Positions 25,701-38,000 of a stretch of 64,000 nt of DNA are shown here, in pieces. The DNA lies in NCBI GenBank assembly GCA_964016885.1, contig OZ024741.1, forward strand, positions 248,682,001 to 248,746,000, given 5' to 3'. The notes under the pieces are model-generated. The model saw only the letters and a list, made by a program, of their open reading frames with translations. It made no database searches and had not been told where the DNA came from. The stretch's first letter is position 1, and each line of letters opens with the position of its first letter. The translations under genes were made by a program, and so were the position numbers. Source of the stretch: Eledone cirrhosa. Its lineage: Eukaryota.

Positions 25701-28700
25701 TTTCTAGTCGTCCAAGGGGAGATAATTTCCAGCCGTCCAAGGGGAGATAATTTTTTTTAAAAAATCAGGCGGAGATAATTTGTAAACAAAAATCAGGGGG
25801 AGATAATTTGTAAAAAAAAATCAGGGGGAGATAATTTGTAAAAAAAAATCAGGGGGAGATAATTTGTAAAAAAAATCAAGGGGAGATAATTTCCAGCCGT
25901 CCAAGGGGAGGTAATATTTAGCCATCCAAGGGGAGATAATTTCCAGCCGTCCAAGGGGAGATAATTTCCAGCCGTCCAAGGGGAGATAATATCCAGCCGT
26001 CCAAGTAGACATATTTTCCAGCCGTCCAAGGAGAGGTAATTTCTAGCCGTCCAAGGGGAGATAAGTTCCAGCCTCCAAGGGGAGATAATTTCCAGCCAGC
26101 CAAGGGGAGATAATTTGTAAAAAAATCAGGGGGGAGATAATTTGTAAAAAAAATCAGGGGGAGATAATTTGTAAAAAATATCAAGGGGAGATAATTTCCA
26201 GCCCTCCAAGGGGCTATAATTTCCAGCCGTGCAAGGGGAGATAATTTCCAGCCGTCCAAGGGGAGATAATTTCCATCCTTCCAAGGGGAGATAATTTCCA
26301 GCCGTCCAAGGGGAGATAATTTCCCGCCAGCCAAGGAAAGATAATTTTTTAAAAAATCAGGCGGAGATTGTAAGAAAAATCAGGGGGAGATAATTTGTAA
26401 AAAAATCAGGGGGAGATAATTTGTAAAAAAAAATCAGGGGGAGATAATTTGTAAAAAAAAATCAGGGGGAGATAATTTGTAAAAAAAATCAGGGGGAGAT
26501 AATTTGTAAAAAAAATCAGGGGTAGATAATTTGTAAAAAAAATCAGGGGGAGATAATTTGTAAAAAAAATCAGGGGGAGATAATTTGTAAAAAAAATCAG
26601 GGGTAGATGATTTTCAGCCGTCCAAGGGGAGATAATTTCCATCCTTCCAAGGGGAGATAATTTCCAGCCGTCCAAGGGGAGATAATTTCCCGCCAGCCAA
26701 GGAGAGATAACATTTAAAAAAATCAGGCGGAGATAATTTGTAAAAAAATTAGGGGGAGATAATTTGTAAAAAAAATCAGGGGTAGATAATTTTCAGCCGT
26801 CCAAGGGGAGATAATTTCCATCCTTCCAAGGGGAGATAATTTCCAGCCGTCCAAGGGGAGATAATTTCCCGCCAGCCAAGGAGAGATAACATTTAAAAAA
26901 ATCAGGGGGAGATAATTTGTAAAAAAAAATCAGGGGGAGATAATTCGTAAAAAAAAATCAGGGGGAGATAATTTGTAAAAAAAAATCAGGGGTAGATAAT
27001 TTGTAAAAAAAAATCAGGGGGAGATAATTTGTAAAAAAAAAATCAGGGGGAGATAATTTGTAAAAAAATCAAGGGGAGATAATTTCCAGCCGTCCAAGGG
27101 GAGATAATTTTTTTAAAAAAATCAGGCGGAGATAATTTGTAAACAAAAATCAGGGGGAGATAATTTGTAAAAAAAAATCAGGGGGAGATAATTTGTAAAA
27201 AAAAATCAGGGGGAGATAATTTGTAAAAAAAATCAAGGGGAGATAATTTGTAAAAAAAAATCAGGGGTAGATAATTTGTAAAAAAAAATCAGGGGGAGAT
27301 AATTTGTAAAAAAAAAATCAGGGGGAGATAATTTGTAAAAAAATCAAGGGGAGATAATTTCCAGCCGTCCAAGGGGAGATAATTTTCAGCCGTCCAAGGA
27401 GAGGTAATTTCTAGCCGTCCAAGGGGAGATAATTTCCAGCCAGCCAAGGGGAGATAATTTGTAAAAAATCAGATGTAGATAATTTGTAAAAAAAAATCAG
27501 GGGGAGATAATTTGTAAAAAAAATCAGGGGGAGATAATTTGTAAAAAAAATCAGGGGTAGATAATTTCCAGCCGTCCAAGGGGAGATAATTTCCATCCTT
27601 CCAAGGGGAGATAATTTCCAGCCGTCCAAGGGGAGATAATTTCCCGCCAGCCAAGGAGAGATAATATTTAAAAAAATCAGGCGGAGATAATTTGTAAAAG
27701 AAATCAGGGGGAGATAATTTGTAAAAAAATCAGGGGGAGATAATTTGTAAAAAAAAATCAGGGGAGATAATTTGTAAAAAAAATCAGGGGGAGATAATTT
27801 GTAAAAAAAAATCAGGGGTAGATAATTTGTAAAAAAAAATCAGGGGTAGATAATTTGTAAAAAAAAAATCAGGGGGAGATAATTTGTAAAAAAATCAAGG
27901 GGAGATAATTTCCAGCCGTCCAAGGGGAGATAATTTTCAGCCGTCCAAGGAGGTAATTTCTAGCCGTCCAAGGGGAGATAATTTCCAGCCGTCCAAGGGG
28001 AGATAATTTTTTTTAAAAAATCAGGCGGAGATAATTTGTAAACAAAAATCAGGGGGAGATAATTTGTAAAAAAAAATCAGGGGGAGATAATTTGTAAAAA
28101 AAAATCAGGGGGAGATAATTTGTAAAAAAAATCAAGGGGAGATAATTTCCAGCCGTCCAAGGGGAGGTAATATCTAGCCATCCAAGGGGAGATAATCTCC
28201 AGCCGTCCAAGGGGAGATAATTTCCAGCCGTCCAAGGGGAGATAATATCCAGCCGTCCAAGGAGACATATTTTCCAGCCGTCCAAGGAGAGGTAATTTCT
28301 AGCCGTCCAAGGGGAGATAAGTTCCAGCCTCCAAGGGGAGAAAATTTCCAGCCAGCCAAGGGGAGATAATTTGTAAAAAAATCAGGGGGAGATAATTTGT
28401 AAAAAAAAAATCAGAGGGAGATAATTTGTAAAAAAATCAGGGGGAGATAATTTGTAAAAAAAAAATCAGGGGGAGATAATTTGTAAAAAAAATCAGGGGG
28501 TGATAATTTGTAGAAAAAATCAGGGGTAGATAATTTGTAAAAAAAATCAGGGGGAGATAATTTGTAAAAAAAATCAGGGGGAGATAATTTGTAAAAAAAA
28601 TCAGGGGTAGATAATTTTCAGCCGTCCAAGGGGAGATAATTTCCATCCTTCCAAGGGGAGATAATTTCCAGCCGTCCAAGGGGAGATAATTTCCCGCCAG

Positions 28701-31700
28701 CCAAGGAGAGATAACATTTAAAAAAATCAGGCGGAGATAATTTGTAAAAAAAATCAGGGGGAGATAATTTGTAAAAAAATCAGGGGGAGATAATTTGTAA
28801 AAAAAATCAGGGGTAGATAATTTCCAGCCGTCCAAGGGGAGATAATTTCCATCCTTCCAAGGGGAGATAATTTCCAGCCGTCCAAGGGGAGATAATTTCC
28901 CGCCAGCCAAGGAGAGATAATATTTAAAAAAATCAGGCGGAGATAATTTGTAAAAAAAATCAGGCGGAGATAATTTGTAAAAAAAAACCAGGGGGAGATA
29001 ATTTGTAAAAAAAAATCAGGGGGAGATAATTTGTAAAAAAAATCAGGGGGAGATAATTTGTAAAAAAAATCAAGGGGAGATAATTTCCAGCCGTCCAAGG
29101 GGAGATAATTTTCAGCCGTCCAAGGAGAGGTAAATTCTAGCCGTCCAAGGAGATATAATTTCCAGCCGTCCAAGGGGAGATAATTTCCAGCCGTCCAAGG
29201 GGAGATAATTTTTAAAAAAAAATCAGGCGGAGATAATTTGTAAACAAAAATCAGGGGGAGATAATTTTAAAAAAAAAATCAGGGGGAGATAATTTGTAAA
29301 AAAAATCAAGGGGAGATAATTTCCAGCCGTCCAAGGGGAGGTAATATCTAGCCATCCAAGGGGAGATAATTTCCAGCCGTCCAAGGGGAGATAATTTCCA
29401 GCCGTCCAAGGGGAGATAATATCCAGCCGTCCAAGGAGACATATTTTCCAGCCGTCCAAGGAGAGGTAATTTCTAGCCGTCCAAGGGGAGATAAGTTCCA
29501 GCCTCCAAGGGGAGATAATTTCCAGCCAGCCAAGGGGAGATAATTTGTAAAAAAATCAGGGGGGAGATAATTTGTAAAAAAAATCAGGGGGAGATAATTT
29601 GAAAAAAAAATCAGGGGGAGATAATTTGTAAAAAATATCAAGGGGAGATAATTTCCAGCCCTCCAAGGGGCTATAATTTCCAGCCGTGCAAGGGGAGATA
29701 ATTTCCAGCCGTCCAAGGGGAGATAATTTCCATCCTTCCAAGGGGAGATAATTTCCAGCCGTCCAAGGGGAGATAATTGCCCGCCAGCCAAGGGAAGATA
29801 ATTTTTTTAAAAATCAGGCGGAGATTGTAAAAAAAATCAGGGGGAGATAATTTGTAAAAAAATCAGGGGGAGATAATTTGTAAAAAAAAATCAGGGGGAG
29901 ATAATTTGTAAAAAAAATCAGGGGGAGATAATTTGTAAAAAAAATCAGGGGTAGATAATTTGTAAAAAAAATCAGGGGGAGATAATTTGTAAAAAAAATC
30001 AGGGGGAGATAATTTGTAAAAAAAATCAGGGGTAGATAATTTTCAGCCGTCCAAGGGGAGATAATTTCCATCCTTCCAAGGGGAGATAATTTCCAGCCGT
30101 CCAAGGGGAGATAATTTCCCGCCAGCCAAGGAGAGATAACATTTAAAAAAATCAGGCGGAGATAATTTGTAAAAAAATCAGGGGGAGATAATTTGTAAAA
30201 AACATCAGGGGTAGATAATTTTCAGCCGTCCAAGGGGAGATAATTTCCATCCTTCCAAGGGGAGATAATTTCCAGCCGTCCAAGGGGAGATAATTTCCCG
30301 CCAGCCAAGGAGAGATAACATTTAAAAAAATCAGGGGGAGATAATTTGTAAAAAAAAATCAGGGGTAGATAATTTGTAAACAAAAATCAGGGGGAGATAA
30401 TTTGTAAAAAAAAATCAGGGGGAGATAATTTGTAAAAAAAAATCAGGGGGAGATAATTTGTAAAAAAAATCAAGGGGAGATAATTTGTAAAAAAAAATCA
30501 GGGGTAGATAATTTGTAAAAAAAAATCAGGGGGAGATAATTTGTAAAAAAAAAATCAAGGGGAGATAATTTGTAAAAAAATCAAGGGGAGATAATTTCCA
30601 GCCGTCCAAGGGGAGATAATTTTCAGCCGTCCAAGGAGAGGTAATTTCTAGCCGTCCAAGGGGAGATAATTTCCAGCCAGCCAAGGGGAGATAATTTGTA
30701 AAAAAATCAGATGTAGATAATTTGTAAAAAAAAATCAGGGGGAGATAATTTGTAAAAAAAATCAGGGGGAGATAATTTGTAAAAAAAAATCAGGGGTAGA
30801 TAATTTGTAAAAAAAAATCAGGGGTAGATAATTTGTAAAAAAAAATCAGGGGGAGATAATTTGTAAAAAAAAAATCAGGGGGAGATAATTTGTAAAAAAA
30901 ATCAGGGGGAGATAATTTGTAGAAAAAATCAGGGGTAGATAATTTGTAAAAAAAATCAGGGGGAGATAATTTGTAAAAAAAATCAGGGGGAGATAATTTG
31001 TAAAAAAAATCAGGGGTAGATAATTTTCAGCCGTCCAAGGGGAGATAATTTCCATCCTTCCAAGGGGAGATAATTTCCAGCCGTCCAAGGGGAGATAATT
31101 TCCCGCCAGCCAAGGAGAGATAACATTTAAAAAAATCAGGCGGAGATAATTTGTAAAAAAAATCAGGGGGAGATAATTTGTAAAAAAATCAGGGGGAGAT
31201 AATTTGTAAAAAAAATCAGGGGTAGATAATTTCCAGCCGTCCAAGGGGAGATAATTTCCATCCTTCCAAGGGGAGATAATTTCCAGCCGTCCAAGGGGAG
31301 ATAATTTCCCGCCAGCCAAGGAGAGATAATATTTAAAAAAATCAGGCGGAGATAATTTGTAAAAAAAATCAGGGGGAGATAATTTGTAAAAAAATCAGGG
31401 GGAGATAATTTGTAAAAAAAATCAGGGGGAGATAATTTGTAAAAAAAATCAGGGGGAGATAATTTGTAAAAAAAATCAGGGGTAGATAATTTGTAAAAAA
31501 AAATCAGGGGGAGATAATTTGTAAAAAAAAAATCAGGGGGAGATAATTTGTAAAAAAATCAAGGGGAGATAATTTCCAGCCGTCCAAGGGGAGATAATTT
31601 TCAGCCGTCCAAGGAGAGGTAATTTCTAGCCGTCCAAGGGGAGATAATTTCCAGCCGTCCAAGGGGAGATAATTTTTTTAAAAAAATCAGGCGGAGATAA

Positions 31701-32079
31701 TTTGTAAACAAAAATCAGGGGGAGATAATTTGTAAAAAAAAATCAGGGGGAGATAATTTGTAAAAAAAATCAAGGGGAGATAATTTCCAGCCGTCCAAGG
31801 GGAGGTAATATCTAGCCATCCAAGGGGAGATAATTTCCAGCCGTCCAAGGGGAGATAATTTCCAGCCGTCCAAGGGGAGATAATATCCAGCCGTCCAAGG
31901 AGACATATTTTCCAGCCGTCCAAGGAGAGGTAATTTCTAGCCGTCCAAGGGGAGATAAGTTCCAGCCTCCAAGGGGAGATAATTTCCAGCCAGCCAAGGG
32001 GAGATAATTTGTAAAAAAATCAGGGGGAGATAATTTGTAAAAAAAAAATCAGGGGGAGATAATTTGTAAAAAAATCAGG

Positions 32080-35000
32080 GGGAGATAATTTGTAAAAAAA
32101 AAATCAGGGGGAGATAATTTGTAAAAAAAATCAGGGGGAGATAATTTGTAAAAAAAATCAGGGGTAGATAATTTGTAAAAAAAATCAGGGGGAGATAATT
32201 TGTAAAAAAAATCAGGGGGAGATAATTTGTAAAAAAAATCAGGGGTAGATAATTTTCAGCCGTCCAAGGGGAGATAATTTCCATCCTTCCAAGGGGAGAT
32301 AATTTCCAGCCGTCCAAGGGGAGATAATTTCCCGCCAGCCAAGGAGAGATAACATTTAAAAAAATCAGGCGGAGATAATTTGTAAAAAAAATCAGGGGGA
32401 GATAATTTGTAAAAAAATCAGGGGGAGATAATTTGTAAAAAAAATCAGGGGTAGATAATTTCCAGCCGTCCAAGGGGAGATAATTTCCATCCTTCCAAGG
32501 GGAGATAATTTCCAGCCGTCCAAGGGGAGATAATTTCCCGCCAGCCAAGGAGAGATAATATTTAAAAAAATCAGGCGGAGATAATTTGTAAAAAAAATCA
32601 GAGGGAGATAATTTGTAAAAAAATCAGGGGGAGATAATTTGTAAAAAAAAATCAGGGGGAGATAATTTGTAAAAAAAATCAGGGGGAGATAATTTGTAAA
32701 AAAAAATCAGGGGTAGATAATTTGTAAAAAAAAATCAGGGGGAGATAATTTGTAAAAAAAATCAGGGGGAGATAATTTGTAAAAAAATCAAGGGGAGATA
32801 ATTTCCAGCCGTCCAAGGGGAGATAATTTTCAGCCGTCCAAGGAGAGGTAATTTCTAGCCGTCCAAGGGGAGATAATTTCCAGCCGTCCAAGGGGAGATA
32901 ATTTTTTTAAAAAAATCAGGCGGAGATAATTTGTAAACAAAAATCAGGGGGAGATAATTTGTAAAAAAAAATCAGGGGGAGATAATTTGTAAAAAAAATC
33001 AGGGGGAGATAATTTGTAAAAAAAATCAAGGGGAGATAATTTCCAGCCGTCCAAGGGGAGGTAATATCTAGCCATCCAAGGGGAGATAATTTCCAGCCGT
33101 CCAAGGGGAGATAATTTCCAGCCGTCCAAGGGGAGATAATATCCAGCCGTCCAAGGAGACATATTTTCCAGCCGTCCAAGGAGACGTAATTTCTAGCCGT
33201 CCAAGGGGAGATAAGTTCCAGCCTCCAAGGGGAGATAATTTCCAGCCAGCCAAGGGGAGATAATTTGTAAAAAAATTAGGGGGAGATAATTTGTAAAAAA
33301 AAATTAGGGGGAGATAATTTGTAAAAAAAAATCAGGGGGAGATAATTTGTAAAAAAAAATCAGGGGGAGATAATTTGTAAAAAAAATCAAGGGGAGATAA
33401 TTTCCAGCCAGCCAAGGGGAGATAATTTGTAAAAAAATTAGGGGGAGATAATTTGTAAAAAAAAATTAGGGGGAGATAATTTGTAAAAAAAAATCAGGGG
33501 TAGATAATTTCCAGCCGTCCAAGGGGAGATAATTTCCATCCTTCCAAGGGGAGATAATTTCCAGCCGTCCAAGGGGAGATAATTTCCCGCCAGCCAAGGA
33601 GAGATAATATTTAAAATAATCAGGCGGAGATAATTTGTAAAAAAAATCAGAGGGAGATAATTTGTAAAAAAATCAGGGGGAGATAATTTGTAAAAAAAAA
33701 ATCAGGGGGAGATAATTTGTAAAAAAAATCAGGGGGAGATAATTTGTAAAAAAAAATCAGGGGTAGATAATTTGTAAAAAAAAATCAGGGGGAGATAATT
33801 TGTAAAAAAAAATCAGGGGGAGATAATTTGTAAAAAAATCAAGGGGAGATAATTTCCAGCCGTCCAAGGGGAGATAATTTTCAGCCGTCCAAGGAGAGGT
33901 AATTTCTAGCCGTCCAAGGGAAGATAATTTCCAGCCGTCCAAGGGGAGATAATTTTTTTAAAAAAATCAGGCGGAGATAATTTGTAAACAAAAATCAGGG
34001 GGAGATAATTTGTAAAAAAAAATCAGGGGGAGATAATTTGTAAAAAAAAATCAGGGGGAGATAATTTGTAAAAAAAATCAAGGGGAGATAATTTCCAGCC
34101 GTCCAAGGGGAGGTAATATCTAGCCATCCAAGGGGAGATAATTTCCAGCCGTCCAAGGGGAGATAATTTCCAGCCGTCCAAGGGGAGATAATATCCAGCC
34201 GTCCAAGGAGACATATTTTCCAGCCGTCCAAGGAGACGTAATTTCTAGCCGTCCAAGGGGAGATAAGTTCCAGCCTCCAAGGGGAGATAATTTCCAGCCA
34301 GCCAAGGGGAGATAATTTGTAAAAAAATTAGGGGGAGATAATTTGTAAAAAAAAATTAGGGGGAGATAATTTGTAAAAAAAAATCAGGGGGAGATAATTT
34401 GTAAAAAAAAATCAGGGGGAGATAATTTGTAAAAAAAATCAAGGGGAGATAATTTCCAGCCAGCCAAGGGGAGATAATTTGTAAAAAAATTAGGGGGAGA
34501 TAATTTGTAAAAAAAAATTAGGGGGAGATAATTTGTAAAAAAAAATCAGGGGGAGATAATTTGTAAAAAAAAATCAGGGGGAGATAATTTGTAAAAAAAA
34601 ATCAGGGGGAGATAATTTCCAGCCGTCCAAGGGGAGATAATTTTCAGCCGTCCAAGGAGAGGTAATTTCTAGCCGTCCAAGGGGAGATAATTTCCAGCCG
34701 TCCAAGGGGAGATAATTTTTTTAAAAAAATCAGGCGGAGATAATTTGTAAACAAAAATCAGGGGGAGATAATTTGTAAAAAAAAATCAGGGGGAGATAAT
34801 TTGTAAAAAAAATCAGGGGGAGATAATTTGTAAAAAAAATCAAGGGGAGATAATTTGTAAAAAAAAATCAGGGGTAGATAATTTGTAAAAAAAAATCAGG
34901 GGGAGATAATTTGTAAAAAAAAAATCAGAGGGAGATAATTTGTAAAAAAATCAAGGGGAGATAATTTCCAGCCGTCCAAGGGGAGATAATTTTCAGCCGT

Positions 35001-38000
35001 CCAAGGAGAGGTAATTTCTAGCCGTCCAAGGGGAGATAATTTCCAGCCAGCCAAGGGGAGATAATTTGTAAAAAAATCAGGGGTAGATAATTTGTAAAAA
35101 AAAATCAGGGGGAGATAATTTGTAAAAAAAATCAGGGGGAGATAATTTGTAAAAAAAATCAGGGGTACATAATTTCCAGCCGTCCAAGGGGAGATAATTT
35201 CCATCCTTCCAAGGGGAGATAATTTCCAGCCGTCCAAGGGGAGATAATTTCCCGCCAGCCAAGGAGAGATAACATTTAAAAAAATCAGGCGGAGATAATT
35301 TGTAAAAAAAATCAGGGGGAGATAATTTGTAAAAAAATCAGGGGGAGATAATTTGTAAAAAAAATCAGGGGTAGATAATTTCCAGCCGTCCAAGGGGAGA
35401 TAATTTCCATCCTTCCAAGGGGAGATAATTTCCAGCCGTCCAAGGGGAGATAATTTCCCGCCAGCCAAGGAGAGATAATATTTAAAAAAATCAGGCGGAG
35501 ATAATTTGTAAAAAAAATCAGGGGGAGATAATTTGTAAAAAAATCAGGAGGAGATAATTTGTAAAAAAAAATCAGGGGAGATAATTTGTAAAAAAAATCA
35601 GGGGGAGATAATTTGTAAAAAAAAATCAGGGGTAGATAATTTGTAAAAAAAATCAGGGGGAGATAATTTGTAAAAAAAAAATCAGGGGGAGATAATTTGT
35701 AAAAAAATCAAGGGGAGATAATTTCCAGCCGTCCAAGGTGAGGTAATATCTAGCCATCCAAGGGGAGATAATTTCCAGCCGTCCAAGGGGAGATAATTTC
35801 CAGCCGTCCAAGGGGAGATAATTTTTTTAAAAAAATCAGGCGGAGATAATTTGTAAACAAAAATCAGGGGGAGATAATTTGTAAAAAAAAATCAGGGGGA
35901 GATAATTTGTAAAAAAAAATCAGGGGGAGATAATTTGTAAAAAAAATCAAGGGGAGATAATTTCCAGCCGTCCAAGGTGAGGTAATATCTAGCCATCCAA
36001 GGGGAGATAATTTCCAGCCGTCCAAGGGGAGATAATTTCCAGCCGTCCAAGGGGAGATAATATCCAGCCGTCCAAGGAGACATATTTTCCAGCCGTCCAA
36101 GGAGAGGTAATTTCTAGCCGTCCAAGGGGAGATAAGTTCCAGCCTCCAAGGGGAGATAATTTCCAGCCAGCCAAGGGGAGATAATTTGTAAAAAAATCAG
36201 GGGGAGATAATTTGTAAAAAAAAAATCAGGGGGAGATAATTTGTAAAAAAATCAGGGGGAGATAATTTGTAAAAAAAAAATCAGGGGGAGATAATTTGTA
36301 AAAAAAATCAGGGGGAGATAATTTGTAGAAAAAATCAGGGGTAGATAATTTGTAAAAAAATCAGGGGGAGATAATTTGTAAAAAAAATCAGGGGGAGATA
36401 ATTTGTAAAAAAAATCAGGGGTAGATAATTTGTAAAAAAAAATTAGGGGGAGATAATTTGTAAAAAAAAATCAGGGGGAGATAATTTGTAAAAAAAAATC
36501 AGGGGGAGATAATTTGTAAAAAAAAATCAGGGGGAGATAATTTGTAAAAAAAATCAAGGGGAGATAATTTCCAGCCGTCCAAGGGGAGATAATTTTCAGC
36601 CGTCCAAGGAGAGGTAAATTCTAGCCGTCCAAGGAGATATAATTTCCAGCCGTCCAAGGGGAGATAATTTCCAGCCGTCCAAGGGGAGATAATTTTTAAA
36701 AAAAAATCAGGCGGAGATAATTTGTAAACAAAAATCAGGGGGAGATAATTTGTAAAAAAAAATCAGGGGGAGATAATTTGTAAAAAAAAATCAGGGGGAG
36801 ATAATTTGTAAAAAAAATCAAGGGGAGATAATTTCCAGCCGTCCAAGGGGAGGTAATATCTAGCCATCCAAGGGGAGATAATTTCCAGCCGTCCAAGGGG
36901 AGATAATTTCCAGCCGTCCAAGGGGAGATAATATCCAGCCGTCCAAGGAGACATATTTTCCAGCCGTCCAAGGAGAGGTAATTTCTAGCCGTCCAAGGGG
37001 AGATAAGTTCCAGCCTCCAAGGGGAGATAATTTCCAGCCAGCCAAGGGGAGATAATTTGTAAAAAAATCAGGGGGGAGATAATTTGTAAAAAAAAAATCA
37101 GGGGGAGATAATTTGTAAAAAAAATCAGGGGGAGATAATTTGTAAAAAAAATCAGGGGTAGATAATTTGTAAAAAAAATCAGGGGGAGATAATTTGTAAA
37201 AAAAATCAGGGGGAGATAATTTGTAAAAAAAATCAGGGGTAGATAATTTTCAGCCGTCCAAGGGGAGATAATTTCCATCCTTCCAAGGGGAGATAATTTC
37301 CAGCCGTCCAAGGGGAGATAATTTCCCGCCAGCCAAGGAGAGATAACATTTAAAAAAATCAGGCGGAGATAATTTGTAAAAAAAATCAGGGGGAGATAAT
37401 TTGTAAAAAAATCAGGGGGAGATAATTTGTAAAAAAAATCAGGGGTAGATAATTTCCAGCCGTCCAAGGGGAGATAATTTCCATCCTTCCAAGGGGAGAT
37501 AATTTCCAGCCGTCCAAGGGGAGATAATTTCCCGCCAGCCAAGGAGAGATAATATTTAAAAAAATCAGGCGGAGATAATTTGTAAAAAAAATCAGAGGGA
37601 GATAATTTGTAAAAAAATCAGGGGGAGATAATTTGTAAAAAAAAATCAGGGGGAGATAATTTGTAAAAAAAATCAGGGGGAGATAATTTGTAAAAAAAAA
37701 TCAGGGGTAGATAATTTGTAAAAAAAAATCAGGGGGAGATAATTTGTAAAAAAAATCAGGGGGAGATAATTTGTAAAAAAATCAAGGGGAGATAATTTCC
37801 AGCCGTCCAAGGGGAGATAATTTTCAGCCGTCCAAGGAGAGGTAATTTCTAGCCGTCCAAGGGGAGATAATTTCCAGCCGTCCAAGGGGAGATAATTTTT
37901 TTAAAAAAATCAGGCGGAGATAATTTGTAAACAAAAATCAGGGGGAGATAATTTGTAAAAAAAAATCAGGGGGAGATAATTTGTAAAAAAAATCAGGGGG

